From: Porphyridium purpureum
Lineage: Eukaryota
Length of the DNA stretch: 64,000 nucleotides
NCBI GenBank assembly: GCA_008690995.1
Contig: VRMN01000003.1
Location: forward strand, 992,001 to 1,056,000
Direction: 5' to 3'
In this document: one piece after another, positions 37,492-48,005 of the stretch
Position numbering within the stretch: the stretch's first letter is position 1
Layout: every line of letters starts with the position of its first letter
The notes under the pieces: model-generated
Seen by the model: only the letters and a program-made list of their open reading frames with translations
The model's database searches: none
Told to the model about the DNA's origin: nothing
Position numbers and translations under genes: made by a program

Positions 37492-38236
37492 GCTCCGCGC
37501 TCCGCACCGCAACCCCCCTCTGAACGCGAGACCGGATCGATCCCCCCCCACCCTCAGCCGGCCACGCAGCAACACCAATCACAACGCGCTCAAGTACCTC
37601 CTCCGCCTCCCCCCACGCGTTCGTACTAATCCAGCTCGCCTTTCTCATAACCTCATTCATTCCCAATTTCCGATTTTCCCCCCCTTTTGTGCTGCGTTTT
37701 CAATTTCACTCTTTTTCATTTCGGTCTTGTTTCTCACGCCGGCCGTGACACCTTATTTTTCGCGACCGTTTTATTAGTCTCCATTGCGGCGCCGCTTTTG
37801 GTGTTCGATCTCGAGCCATCAAAGAACAACACAACGCGTCGTGTACCTACTGTACTCATCACATCGAACAAACTGAACACCCCCTTTCGTTCGTGTTTTC
37901 TCGTCCCAACATCACTGTACACCCGCGGGCTTCTGTGAAAGATGTACTGTGCACTGTACTTTATGCGATGCCACGAAAGCCGCTGGCGCGAATCGTGGAA
38001 GCGCTCGCAGTTGGGTGTTCCAGGTGGTGGTGACACGTCGTGGTGAAAAAGACGTGAGCGGAGATTGCACAGGGGCACAACTTGGCCGGTGGTGCGTGTG
38101 GTAGCTAGTCTGCGTGACGGGGAGCCGGGGTAGGCGCGACAGAAAGGCCGGCCTGAACGTTGTGCAGTGCGCCGGGTTGGTTTGGGTGGTGGGGTTGCGG
38201 CGGCGCAGAGCAGAGGCATCATTGCTTCGGTCGCAC

Positions 38237-38950
38237 ATGGCCAAGGGATTGAAGCAGCTGCGCGGCGCGCAGCTCGGGCTGGTGCTGGTGCCGGTGCTGG
38301 TGCTGCTGGTGGCTGCGCCTGCGCTGGCAAGCGCGCAGGAAGATGGGTATGTCGATGAGTTTGTCGATATGCAAGCGTCGACGTGCCTTGCCGACGAGAC
38401 GGGGCGCTGCGCCACCGATGAGTGGAATGTCGACCGCACCGTCCACGAAGTCAAGAGGGACGTCAAAGAAAAGGCGGGCAAGGTCAAGGAAATGAGCCAG
38501 CAGGCGTACGGTGAGTTTGCGGATAAAGGAAAGCAAGCTTACGATGAGTATGCCGGGAAGGGTAAGCAAGCTTATGATGAGTATGTCGAGAAGGGAAAGC
38601 AGGCATATGATGAAATTGTGCCGTCCATCCAGGAAGGTGTGTCGGGCCTCAGCACGAAAGTGAGGGATTCCACACATCCGCACTGGGCGAACGTGAAGAA
38701 TTGGTGGAAGCATCAAGGAGGTCAGTACGGCCGCCGCCTGGAAAAGGGCTTCGGGCACCACAGCAAGACCTGGTCTGAGAAGGCCAGAGTATTGAAAGGC
38801 AAGTGCAGTCAGCACTTGCATCGCATGGGCGACAAGATGCGCAAGATTCGCCTGTTTAAAAAACCTTCATTATGGAAACAGGTCAAAAAGAGCATGATGA
38901 AGGCATCGGTGCGCACTCGCTCGTTCTTTCGTAAATTTAGCTTTGCATAA
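38237..38950 (+). CDS. Predicted secreted protein with 11-residue amphipathic repeats (LEA3/apolipoprotein-like) and a basic C-terminus
   Basis: Signal peptide LGLVLVPVLVLLVAAPALASA and KQAYDEYxxKG repeats. Start inferred at ATG 38237. Confidence 0.7.
   Translation: MAKGLKQLRGAQLGLVLVPVLVLLVAAPALASAQEDGYVDEFVDMQASTCLADETGRCATDEWNVDRTVHEVKRDVKEKAGKVKEMSQQAYGEFADKGKQAYDEYAGKGKQAYDEYVEKGKQAYDEIVPSIQEGVSGLSTKVRDSTHPHWANVKNWWKHQGGQYGRRLEKGFGHHSKTWSEKARVLKGKCSQHLHRMGDKMRKIRLFKKPSLWKQVKKSMMKASVRTRSFFRKFSFA
38498..38620 (+). repeat. 33-bp coding tandem repeat, ~3.7 copies
   Basis: Units begin at 38498, 38531, 38564 and 38597: QQAYGEFADKG / KQAYDEYAGKG / KQAYDEYVEKG / KQAYDEIV. Confidence 0.9.
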
Positions 38951-39104
38951 GATCACAATCAAAGTCAAAAATGACTGAAAGACCCATCGTAAAGTGTTCT
39001 GTCAGACATAAAATCTAGCATTCTTGACACGCAGTGCTCCGACGCGAGGTTTTCGACGAGACACGGATCCTTACCGGCCGGCCTTCCGCTTCTCGAATAC
39101 TGTC

Positions 39105-40385
39105 CTATGAAATCACGTTGATTGGAGAAGGCTTCAATTCAACGACCGAATCCAAAGCAACACCGGCCTTGTGTGCAGCGACCACCCCAGCCGCCTCAAA
39201 ATAATTGCGTACCACAACGGTGCGGTCAGAAGGAAACTGGACATCTTCCGCCGAGATGGACAGCGAGCTAGCATTCTCTTCAACCAGAACAAGCAAGGTG
39301 TTTGGATTCGATGCAAAGCTGAGGGCTGCCGCCCCTCCACATGCCATGACCGGCAACACAAGTGCATCGACGTCTTCGGCAACAATGCATTGGGCTTCGC
39401 GGGTGCCTGACCCGGACGTCCGGGAGACCATGCGTGGCGCTCGACTCAGACCCGCCAAGACACATGGAAGAAATGTATAGCCCAGCTCTTCGGCAGCAGC
39501 TTTCGGGCTCACACTGTCGTCCACATCAAGCGGAGGAAGTGCAGGTGCGTGCGCACACGGCACTCTCAAATCCCTACTCACCAGATGAGAAATCACTGCT
39601 TCCGCCCCACCAATAGCATCCACGCCTTCACCCTGCCGGTACGCTTGCAGCATCTCCTCGTCTTCTTCATCATCAGGAAACCGTGCGACGATAGCGATGG
39701 CGTCGCATCGGTACGGCTCCGCGCACAATGCCGCGGCGGCTTCTAGCAGTGCTGCCGGCTGTTGCAAGGTTCCCCAGCTTGTATTCGACTCGCTGATTTC
39801 GAGATGCACATCCAGAGGCACACGTGTCTTCTTCACGGCGACAATCGAAAGCCCAAGTGTTGCCTTGGCCGCATCCAGGACCTGCAGATGGCGAAGCGCC
39901 ATGTCATCATCCATCCCAGAATCTAGCACCAGCCCTATCCGATTGACTGGGCCACGCACGGGTTGCAGAGCGCACTCACCCGCGGCGAAGCGGTCCAACG
40001 AGAACCCTTCGACATAGAGTGCATTCGGAATTGGCCAGTACATCATGGCACCATTCATGACGTTCGGATGCGTGATCAGAATGTCAGCCACCGCCGCGAG
40101 AGTGCGCGCTGAAGGCAGTGCGTCACCCGCGAAACCCCCGACTGAAGCGTTCACACCTGTTGGAACTAGCATCACGCAGACATACTCCTTCCCGAACTGC
40201 CCCGTAGCCGCCACCATGCAGACGCGCGCTCGGCCAACCCTCCGTGCAGGAACAGGCACCGTCAGCCTGCTCTTCGCCATCCCTACGCAGGCTTCATGAA
40301 CAAACACGCCAGTGCGCGTATGCGCAGCGGCATGCACGAACGCCGGTCGTGCTTGCCGGCTCGGCATGCTGCTTTCCGCACGCAT
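39105..40385 (-). CDS. DUF3326 family protein (cyanobacterial/plastid type) with transit peptide
   Basis: LVPTGVNASVGGFAGDALP, LITHPNVMNGAMMYW, YVEGFSLDRFA, GVDAIGGAEAVISHL, AAEELGYTFLPCVL. Confidence 0.85.
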   Translation of the reverse strand: MRAESSMPSRQARPAFVHAAAHTRTGVFVHEACVGMAKSRLTVPVPARRVGRARVCMVAATGQFGKEYVCVMLVPTGVNASVGGFAGDALPSARTLAAVADILITHPNVMNGAMMYWPIPNALYVEGFSLDRFAAGECALQPVRGPVNRIGLVLDSGMDDDMALRHLQVLDAAKATLGLSIVAVKKTRVPLDVHLEISESNTSWGTLQQPAALLEAAAALCAEPYRCDAIAIVARFPDDEEDEEMLQAYRQGEGVDAIGGAEAVISHLVSRDLRVPCAHAPALPPLDVDDSVSPKAAAEELGYTFLPCVLAGLSRAPRMVSRTSGSGTREAQCIVAEDVDALVLPVMACGGAAALSFASNPNTLLVLVEENASSLSISAEDVQFPSDRTVVVRNYFEAAGVVAAHKAGVALDSVVELKPSPINVIS

Positions 40386-40591
40386 GCTCGGCGTCAACAG
40401 GCGTTCGTGCCAGTTGACAAAGGGACTACCCCCGTAAGTGCACTCATCGAGTATGTGGAACGCCTAGTCCAATTTTCCGCCTTTCCGCATGTAGCGCCGG
40501 CGGCGTCCTGGCTTGGGTTGAAGTCGGGAAACGAGGGCGTTCGGATTGAGTTGCGGATTGGCTTGAAGGACGGACTAGCGGGGTGGACAGG

Positions 40592-42343
40592 ATGGGCAAG
40601 GCAAGCAGCAAACGGCTCTCTACCAGGCACAAGAAGAAGGTGGAGAAGAAAGTCCGTGAAGCGCATCGCAAGGGGCGTCGTGAGGCGAAGAAGCTGCGTG
40701 CGACTGGTGGCGTGAGAAAGAGTGCGCGCGACAGCACGACCGGGGTGATGCCAAACTCGATGCCGCACAAGTTGGAGTTGCTGGAGCAGCTGCGCCTGCA
40801 GAAGGCTCAGACAAAGGCAGACGCCGCAGTAAAGGCCAATCGAATCGGAAGTGGTCAGACCGCACTCATGGATGGCGGGAAGACAAGCCGGCTACTTCTC
40901 GCGCAACCTGGCGCGCAGCTGAGGACGCAGGCCTTTGAGAATGCGGAAAAGGCTGCTTCAGTGCTTGCAGAAAATCCGCACGCGAAGAACGCTCCGAATG
41001 CTGAGCTTCACCAAGAAAAGTACATCCGCGAGCTCAGAAAGGTTGTCGAAAGCGCCGACGTTTTGATTGAGGTGCTCGATGCTCGAGACCCGGAAGGTAC
41101 GCGGGCGCGAAGCGCGGAAAAGAACGTCATGGCTTTATCAGGTGGGAAGAAGAGAGTGATTCTGCTGCTGAACAAGGTCGATCTCGTGCCTCAAGAGGTG
41201 GTTCTAAAGTGGCTCGGGTACTTGCGCAACGAGCTGCCTGCGCTTGCATTTTGCGCCGACACGTCAAAGCGCCATGCTCCGTCTGTGGCGGCTCTGGGCT
41301 CTGACGCTGTGGGTACTGACTCTTTGCTGCAACTGCTCAAGAACTACAGCCGAAATTGGGCTAGCGGGACGTCGAAGAAATCTTCTTTGACAGTGGGCAT
41401 CATTGGTTACCCGAACGTCGGTAAGTCGAGCGTGATCAACGCCATGAAACGAGCCCGCGCTGCGCAAGTCGGCAATCAGCCAGGGGTGACCAAGACGGCG
41501 CAAGAATTTCTGATCGATAACTCGCTGAGACTTCTAGATTGCCCGGGTGTTATCTTCGACACGCGAGAAGGCGCGGGTAACAGCTCGCTGGTGTTGCGAA
41601 ACGCTGTGCGCATTGATGCTTTAAATGACCCCGTCTCTCACGTCGAGCAAATCTTGGAACGCGTGGGCCACGAGTCATTGATGCAGTGGTATGCGCTTCC
41701 TGAGTTCCAGGATTCGAAGGAATTTCTGGGCATGGTGGCAAAGTTGCGCGGTAAGGTTGGTAAGCGGGGCGTGCTGGACTTGGAGGGCGCGGCTCGCGTC
41801 GTCCTGACAGAGTGGAATGCTGGGAAAATTCCATTCTATACACTGCCACCTTCGGGACCCAGCTCGGCACACCTCAGCGCGCAAATTTTGTCATCCTATG
41901 GTCCGGATTTTGACTTGTCGCATGCAGATACAGTCATCAAAGTTGCACGAACTGAGGACGAAGCTTTCAACTACGCCATCGCTCAGTCCTGTGCCATGGT
42001 TGAGAATGAAGACACCGACATGAATGAGGGCGACGCCGGTGAATCACGCAAGGTGGGGATCAACTTTTTGATTCAGCAAAAAGGCGCAGGGGACTCGAAA
42101 GAGTCGAAGGTGGGAAAGAAGGGCCATGCTATGAGTTCAAGCTATGTAGCCGATCAGGACGTGATGGAAACAGATACGCGGATGGATATGGATCGGGCAT
42201 CATCGCGTGCCGTGGCGCAAAAGAACAAGCAGCCTTCAGTAGTCGCGGCGCAGGCTCGCGCTCGTCCTGCGAGCCGAAGTGCCCGCACGGAAACAGGGCT
42301 GTTTGACTTCAGTGTTTTACGCGACGACGATGACGGCTCTTGA
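40592..42343 (+). CDS. GNL3: Nucleostemin/Nug1-like circularly permuted nucleolar GTPase
   Basis: N-terminal SKR...KVEKKVREAHRK.RREAKK, then EVLDARDP, NKVDL, GYPNVGKSS and DCPG in permuted order. Confidence 0.92.
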   Translation: MGKASSKRLSTRHKKKVEKKVREAHRKGRREAKKLRATGGVRKSARDSTTGVMPNSMPHKLELLEQLRLQKAQTKADAAVKANRIGSGQTALMDGGKTSRLLLAQPGAQLRTQAFENAEKAASVLAENPHAKNAPNAELHQEKYIRELRKVVESADVLIEVLDARDPEGTRARSAEKNVMALSGGKKRVILLLNKVDLVPQEVVLKWLGYLRNELPALAFCADTSKRHAPSVAALGSDAVGTDSLLQLLKNYSRNWASGTSKKSSLTVGIIGYPNVGKSSVINAMKRARAAQVGNQPGVTKTAQEFLIDNSLRLLDCPGVIFDTREGAGNSSLVLRNAVRIDALNDPVSHVEQILERVGHESLMQWYALPEFQDSKEFLGMVAKLRGKVGKRGVLDLEGAARVVLTEWNAGKIPFYTLPPSGPSSAHLSAQILSSYGPDFDLSHADTVIKVARTEDEAFNYAIAQSCAMVENEDTDMNEGDAGESRKVGINFLIQQKGAGDSKESKVGKKGHAMSSSYVADQDVMETDTRMDMDRASSRAVAQKNKQPSVVAAQARARPASRSARTETGLFDFSVLRDDDDGS

Positions 42344-42614
42344 GTGGTGATCATGAGCTCTGGTATTTGTGGAAGTTTTGTAAAGTTGTGTTTGGTCGTG
42401 TAACAGGAGTAAACATGCGTGATGAAGCGCAATGTTTGACGTCAGTGCACGCATTGAGTCGCTGTACAGTTTTCGGTTTGTTCACGACTCTTCCGGTCCA
42501 CACACGCCCAAACGCAGGGACCGGTGCTTGATGCTGATGTCGCATGCGGTCGAGAAGATCGGGCGATAGTCGGCACCTGAAAAAGTACGAGCGCAAGCAC
42601 GGGGTGCTGGCCAA

Positions 42615-43079
42615 ATGGAGCGGCTCAAGCTGCGACGTTATCGCCCGCGCAGCGAGCAGTTGCTCGGGGCGTACGAGGAAGAGCCTGACCGGCAGAGCGC
42701 CGAGCGAGTCATTGGAATCACGCGAGCGGCACAGACCGAACGTTTGCGTGCTGTCTTGCGCGCGTTCGAGGACATCCGTGCGCTGGGAAGCCTAGGCAAC
42801 GGACCTTCCGAGGGAGAAGGCATGCAGGCCAGAAACCTCACCATCTGCTTGAACACACAAAAGAGGAAGTGTACGCAAGATTTACATGACGAGATGCGCG
42901 ATAAGCTGGCGCGTTTGGAGCGAATGACGAGACTAAGCATCGCTGTCCTTGCGGAGCAAAATCGAGCAACGGAAGAGAAAGAGCTTACGGATGCAACCAT
43001 GCCCGCCGTTCGCGCCCTGGAAAGAAGGGAGACTCCCGCGCGTGAAGAAACAGTTTCTCATGCGCTCGATCCCCACTAA
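42615..43079 (+). CDS. CCDC12: Divergent Cwf18/CCDC12 splicing-factor-like protein
   Basis: LKLRRYRPRSEQL resembles LKFRNY.P.DE.L. DLHDEMRDKLARLERMTRLSIAVL resembles DLKRDV.KKL.KLERRTQ.AI..L. Confidence 0.65.
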   Translation: MERLKLRRYRPRSEQLLGAYEEEPDRQSAERVIGITRAAQTERLRAVLRAFEDIRALGSLGNGPSEGEGMQARNLTICLNTQKRKCTQDLHDEMRDKLARLERMTRLSIAVLAEQNRATEEKELTDATMPAVRALERRETPAREETVSHALDPH

Positions 43080-43310
43080 AATAGATATGCTGACAATACA
43101 GCAATGGGCAACGACCGGTCAAGCTTCGTGCGAGAAATCGCCTTTCGTCTTTTCTTTTTACGACAGAAGAAAGTAACCAAAGAAAAACCGAGCGCAAGGG
43201 AAACTCGCTCGCAGTATAGAAGCACACGTGCGCGGCAAAATGCGGTAAGAATAATGGTGGTGCATGCCGATGTTAACTCTGAACGTACAGACGCTGTGAC
43301 GTCAAAACAA

Positions 43311-44819
43311 TTACACCACAACTCGTGCGGCGTACTTGACCTCCAGGCCGCAGTCGCCACTTGCCGGTGGACCCCCTGTGAACTCTTCAAATCGGATAGG
43401 TTGCATGACTTGCCTCGTGAAGCAGGTCGAAGCGCCTCCCGCAGCAAATACATACCGGATGCCGCATACGGTGTCCTGGCAGAGAAAGTTGCTCCCCGAC
43501 GTCCCAATGACTTCTGTACCATCGCACGGAATTGAGGCGGTGTCCTGCTCGCAGGGGAAGGTGTTGAATGCACTTGGGTCAAAAGGTACTGCCCCAAACG
43601 CATTAAACACAGAGTTGTCAATCACTCCACATGACACTTCAAAGTTCACATCCGTCACGCAGGCATAGTTATGTCCTGTGGTGATCTGTGTTGCAGTGAT
43701 TCCAGCAAGACCCCCGATGATCGGTCCGGGATTATCATTCACTTCATTTGGATCCACAACGCACGTAACTTGGTCATTGGAGTTTCGAAGCCCGCACACG
43801 ACGTAATCGCCAGCGCCCAGAGTGTACAGACCCTGTTTGAATGTGACGCCAGATGAAACACCCGCGAGTAAACCAGGACCGTAGCACGAAAGAGAGCCCG
43901 AGCTTGAGAGACCACACCAATTTGCTGGTCCAACCGCAAGGGAGCCCCACGTCGATGGGGTACCGGGCACGGTCGTTGACGCGTCCTCCTGGTAAAACGT
44001 TGTTCCACTCCCGTCCATTCGCCAGTCGCGCAAAAACATAGTCCCTCCGCAGTAGATTCTACCAGCGAGGGTAAGCACGCACGTGAAGCGGAACCCACAA
44101 CCGACCTCCACATACGGGTCGGACGACGTAGAAGGTGTACCCATGACAAAGTTCGTGATTGAGCCGGACACCACCTCGCCGTACTCATTACCCCAGCATT
44201 CAAGCATGATCGATGACCGAAACGCCGTGTTGGTCGTGGTCTCAAGCAACAGAAGCGTAGACTGGTCAACCAGCGTCGAGTCGTAAGTGAGGGCGCACGC
44301 GTGGTCAAATCCGGCGCCGAGACGAAATGCCGAGTCCTGCGTGACGCTCGATGTATCAGAAGGGAAGAAGGGAGACTCGCCCACGTTGGCCAGGACCTTT
44401 ATGGCCTGAGTCCCTTTCTCCATGTACACAACGTACTGTCCCGCCGCCGTAGTATAATCCGGCGTACTCTCAGAATCGCCGCACCCCATCTGCATCCCTA
44501 CGATCGTGTCCGCCGGGAACGAGTTAAACTGCGAGTTTAAGAACCCGGCATAGAGTCCCCACGCGTAAGGCAGCCCGGTTGTGGGCTGTACGTATGCAAC
44601 CGCTTCCTGGTAGAACGCATTGGCCATCGTTTGCTCCAGATTGCTAACGCCTCCTCGCCCATTGGTCAGTTGCCTAAACACGGCAAAGTTCGGCAGCGGC
44701 TCACGCGCCTGCTGCGCGTCCACGCTTTCCAGCACGACCACTGCGACAAGCACCAGCGCTGCCAGCGCAGCGTACTTGGCGCGCGTCGCTCTCCCCAGCA
44801 TCATCACCCTCGACGCCAT
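43311..44819 (-). CDS. Secreted Cys-rich RCC1/BLIP-II-like beta-propeller protein (CRINKLY4-ectodomain-like repeats)
   Basis: Signal peptide AALAALVLVAVVVLESVDA. Repeats GAGFDHACAL, GCGFRFTCVL, AVGPANWCGL, GAGDYVVCGL, TTGHNYACV and AAGGASTCF. Confidence 0.75.
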   Translation of the reverse strand: MASRVMMLGRATRAKYAALAALVLVAVVVLESVDAQQAREPLPNFAVFRQLTNGRGGVSNLEQTMANAFYQEAVAYVQPTTGLPYAWGLYAGFLNSQFNSFPADTIVGMQMGCGDSESTPDYTTAAGQYVVYMEKGTQAIKVLANVGESPFFPSDTSSVTQDSAFRLGAGFDHACALTYDSTLVDQSTLLLLETTTNTAFRSSIMLECWGNEYGEVVSGSITNFVMGTPSTSSDPYVEVGCGFRFTCVLTLAGRIYCGGTMFLRDWRMDGSGTTFYQEDASTTVPGTPSTWGSLAVGPANWCGLSSSGSLSCYGPGLLAGVSSGVTFKQGLYTLGAGDYVVCGLRNSNDQVTCVVDPNEVNDNPGPIIGGLAGITATQITTGHNYACVTDVNFEVSCGVIDNSVFNAFGAVPFDPSAFNTFPCEQDTASIPCDGTEVIGTSGSNFLCQDTVCGIRYVFAAGGASTCFTRQVMQPIRFEEFTGGPPASGDCGLEVKYAARVVV

Positions 44820-45767
44820 CGCTGCCGCACAAAACACCCTTGCTGCCTAAACAATGCAACTGCGGGACGTCCTGCTCGTTCACACGACTACCGCCCTCTC
44901 GTCGCGCGCGCTCAGCCTCCCTTCCCCCACCCACGACGCTCCCACTCCCAACCACCGCCCCCCTCCTCCACACCCTCTCCTTCCGTCCTCGCCACCCTCC
45001 CGTTCGCTCTAACCCCGTGCTTTACTAACAAAACACGCCCGTTTACATATACCCACGCAGCAGCGTAGGCGCTACCCCTCAAAAACGATGGACACGCGCT
45101 TTTCTTGTCTGATCCTTCGCGCACCCCTCAAACCGCGCACTATGGAAAAATAGACCGAGACCCCCCCCCTGAAAAAACGCTACTAAACACGCACAACGCG
45201 TGTCCATCACTGTGAGTTCGTTGGCGTCTATACGCGGACAGCGCCGTTTTTTATTGACAGTCTCTCGTTCTATAGTATAGAGCCAGCGTTTTGGTTGGTT
45301 GGTTGGGTGGGTGGGGTGTGTGGTGTTTTTTTCTGTGTTCCGCGTGGTGCTGCTGTCTTGCTTGTTTGTGGAACCGTCCAAGCCACAAACCCCTCAAATC
45401 GTGCCACTGCGTGAGAACGAACGGCTTGGCAAAGCGGCGCCTATGAAAAGAAGGCTCGTTTGAATAGACACTCTATGTTTCTCGCAATTGACGTCAACGG
45501 CTTCAAAAGAAGGGTCGGGGGGAATAACGCAAGGGGTTGCAAAATAGACCGAACCACTTCACAAGCACGCGAGAATAGAAGAACACACTGGGTTTCAGCA
45601 CTCGATGAAATGAAACCCTCGATATAACTGAAGCCCTGCGTTGAAAGGGTTAGAACAAGGGTCGGCGAGCAACCAGGCTCGAGACCGTGACGGACGTGAT
45701 GCCGGGCACGCTCGGAGCGGAGCAAGTTGGGAATGCGCTTTTGTCCAGGCTCGAATCGAACGGGAGA

Positions 45768-47418
45768 ATGGGCGAGCATGGTGAGGGTGCGTCTCGTCCG
45801 GTAACCCTGGATGCGCCGGCCGCGGTTGACGATGCTGGACTTGCGCAACGTGAATGGATTGCATCGGTATGTCGCGCGTTTGGACAACGCCCCGCGGGGT
45901 GCTGAACGTTCTGTCATGTGCAAAATTGCAGGAGTCGTGGTTAACAAGATGTATACTCTCTTGAATTTGCTCGCGGCCATTCTTTATTGCTCTTGCGCCA
46001 GGAGACGCTTGCTCGAATGCGCGTCGATTACGACCGTCTGATGGAAGGTCTGGAAGAGGCAAGCGGCATCAATGCGGCGCTCCAGGAAGAAATCCGTCGA
46101 CTGAAGACTGAGATTTCGTGCTGGTCTAATACCGAAACGGTTGCAGAAGAGAGTGCTGGCACTCGCAGTACCGACGACCGCGCACTCGATGATGACGAGC
46201 TGCGTTTGACGGGAAATGTACGTGATCTTGCATACTCGTCAAGGCGTTTGATTCTTCGCGGTTCTTCAGAAAGGAATGTGACGGTCTGATCCACTGTGGA
46301 TGAATGTATCGTGTGATTATGTTCATGTTGAACAGCGACCGGCAGATGACGGGCAAGACGCTGAATCTCGCGTCCTCGAACTCAAGCACCACGTAGACGT
46401 CCTGCAGGAGGCGTTGGCTCGCGAACGGGACATCGCGACTAGCGCTGAAGCACACGAGCGCCATGCCCAGTATCTCGCAGATCAAATCCAGATTCTGAGC
46501 AAGAAACTGGAGTTAAAAGAAATGCAGGCGCAGGAGGCTGAGAGAAGCGAATATCGCGCGCGGGAGCTCGACGAACAGCTCGGGCAATTGCGAACGCTTC
46601 TGGAAAGTGCACAGGCACGTGCCGATTTACTTGAGGAAAGCAAGAGGCTGGCGGATAGTTTGGCTGTTCAAGTTGAGACTTTGACGAAGGAATTAATTGT
46701 TTTGAAGGAGCAAGCGGCTGCGAGCGCTGGACAATACGAGCTGAGAGTTCAGGCGCTGGAAGAAGAGGTGCACTCGTTGCATGAAGAACTGCTCCTGCGC
46801 AGAGAAGAGAACTCGTTCACGACTTGTGGTCTCAACAAGCGCGCGGAGAAGCTGGAGGCGCAAGTCGATACCTTGAAAACTCAACTGGTACGCGTTTGCG
46901 TGGATTCTTACCCGATTCTCTTGTCTCATCTTGGTCTTGTTTTGAAGATACTGACGTCTTCTCCCCTTGACAAATCGTGTGGCTCTGAAATCTGCAAGAC
47001 TGCGGAGAAACTCGTACAAGAAGAGCTTAGGATGCAAATCAAGACGCTGGAGCAAGAGCGCGCACGGGAAAATGAAGCCGCGTCGCTCCGTGCTCTGGAG
47101 CACCAAAAAGAAATTGCTGAATTACGCACCAGGTCAAGGGAAGATTACACCCGCTCCTTGCGTCGAAAGCTTGTTGGAGCGACGCGTCAAGTGGAACACT
47201 TACGTGCCGAGCTTGAGCGCCGAGATCATGCGGTGCAAGATGTTGCCCAAGCTGGCGCACTTTCGAGACCGGCCCGTTCGTTTGTCGCTTTCAAGAGAGG
47301 ATTTGACGTCGGAATGCCATCGAGAGGTGATGAACAGTCCGTTTCACGCATACCTTGCCAGGAAGGCGACGACATTTTTGACGCTGTCGAGAGCTCAGAC
47401 GATTGCTTTGAGCGATAA
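45768..47418 (+). CDS. Long coiled-coil protein; predicted introns 45867-46001, 46218-46335 and 46888-46998
   Basis: Three ORF-track fragments join in phase 0 through GTATGT..CCAG and GTACGT..ACAG introns; a third GTACGC..CAAG intron is in frame. Heptad-rich E/L/R/Q composition. Start uncertain. Confidence 0.7.
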
Positions 47419-48005
47419 TATTATTCTGAGCATACTCGACGTCGGATGCCAGAGTCTTCGAAAAGACCTATTTTGCAGGTGCTTTTTGGTGGGAATGGAC
47501 ACGATATCCAAAATGACCCAGCGTTGTCGCTTCTGGTACGTCCCTTGCTTGTGCTTTCTATCTTATTCCCTTTCTTTTTCTTTTGTGTGCTTTAATCTCT
47601 GCGATATACGTCGCATGCAAGTGGGGAGCGCGGGAGTCTTTGTGAGCGAGGATGAAAAAAATTCACGCTTTACCTGTCGGACTCGCAACGATGGCGAACA
47701 AACAGAAACTCTAATTTTTTACTGAGCTGTCGAGACCCCGCCCGATAGCTCTCAGGGCTTACCCTTTTGCGGCATGCGCGCTTGTCGCTCACGATGAAGA
47801 GCCCTCAACGCGCTGAACAAGCACTGACTCGCCACATGTATTCCTGCTTCGCGAACTTTCCAAACGACCAGATTTACGTATTAAAATTGGGTGCTTTCAT
47901 ACAGAGTGGGGTAGAAAGGGAGTAGGTTGCGGCCGCGGACCAGGAAGGTTGCCGCATGCTGCCTCGCGGGTACATGGTCTCAGCCTGATGTGTGATTCGT
48001 TCGCA

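Noticed and set aside
45290..45325. (TTGG)n/(TGGG)n tract
   Set aside because: Short microsatellite in a promoter region, not a telomeric array or CRISPR repeat.
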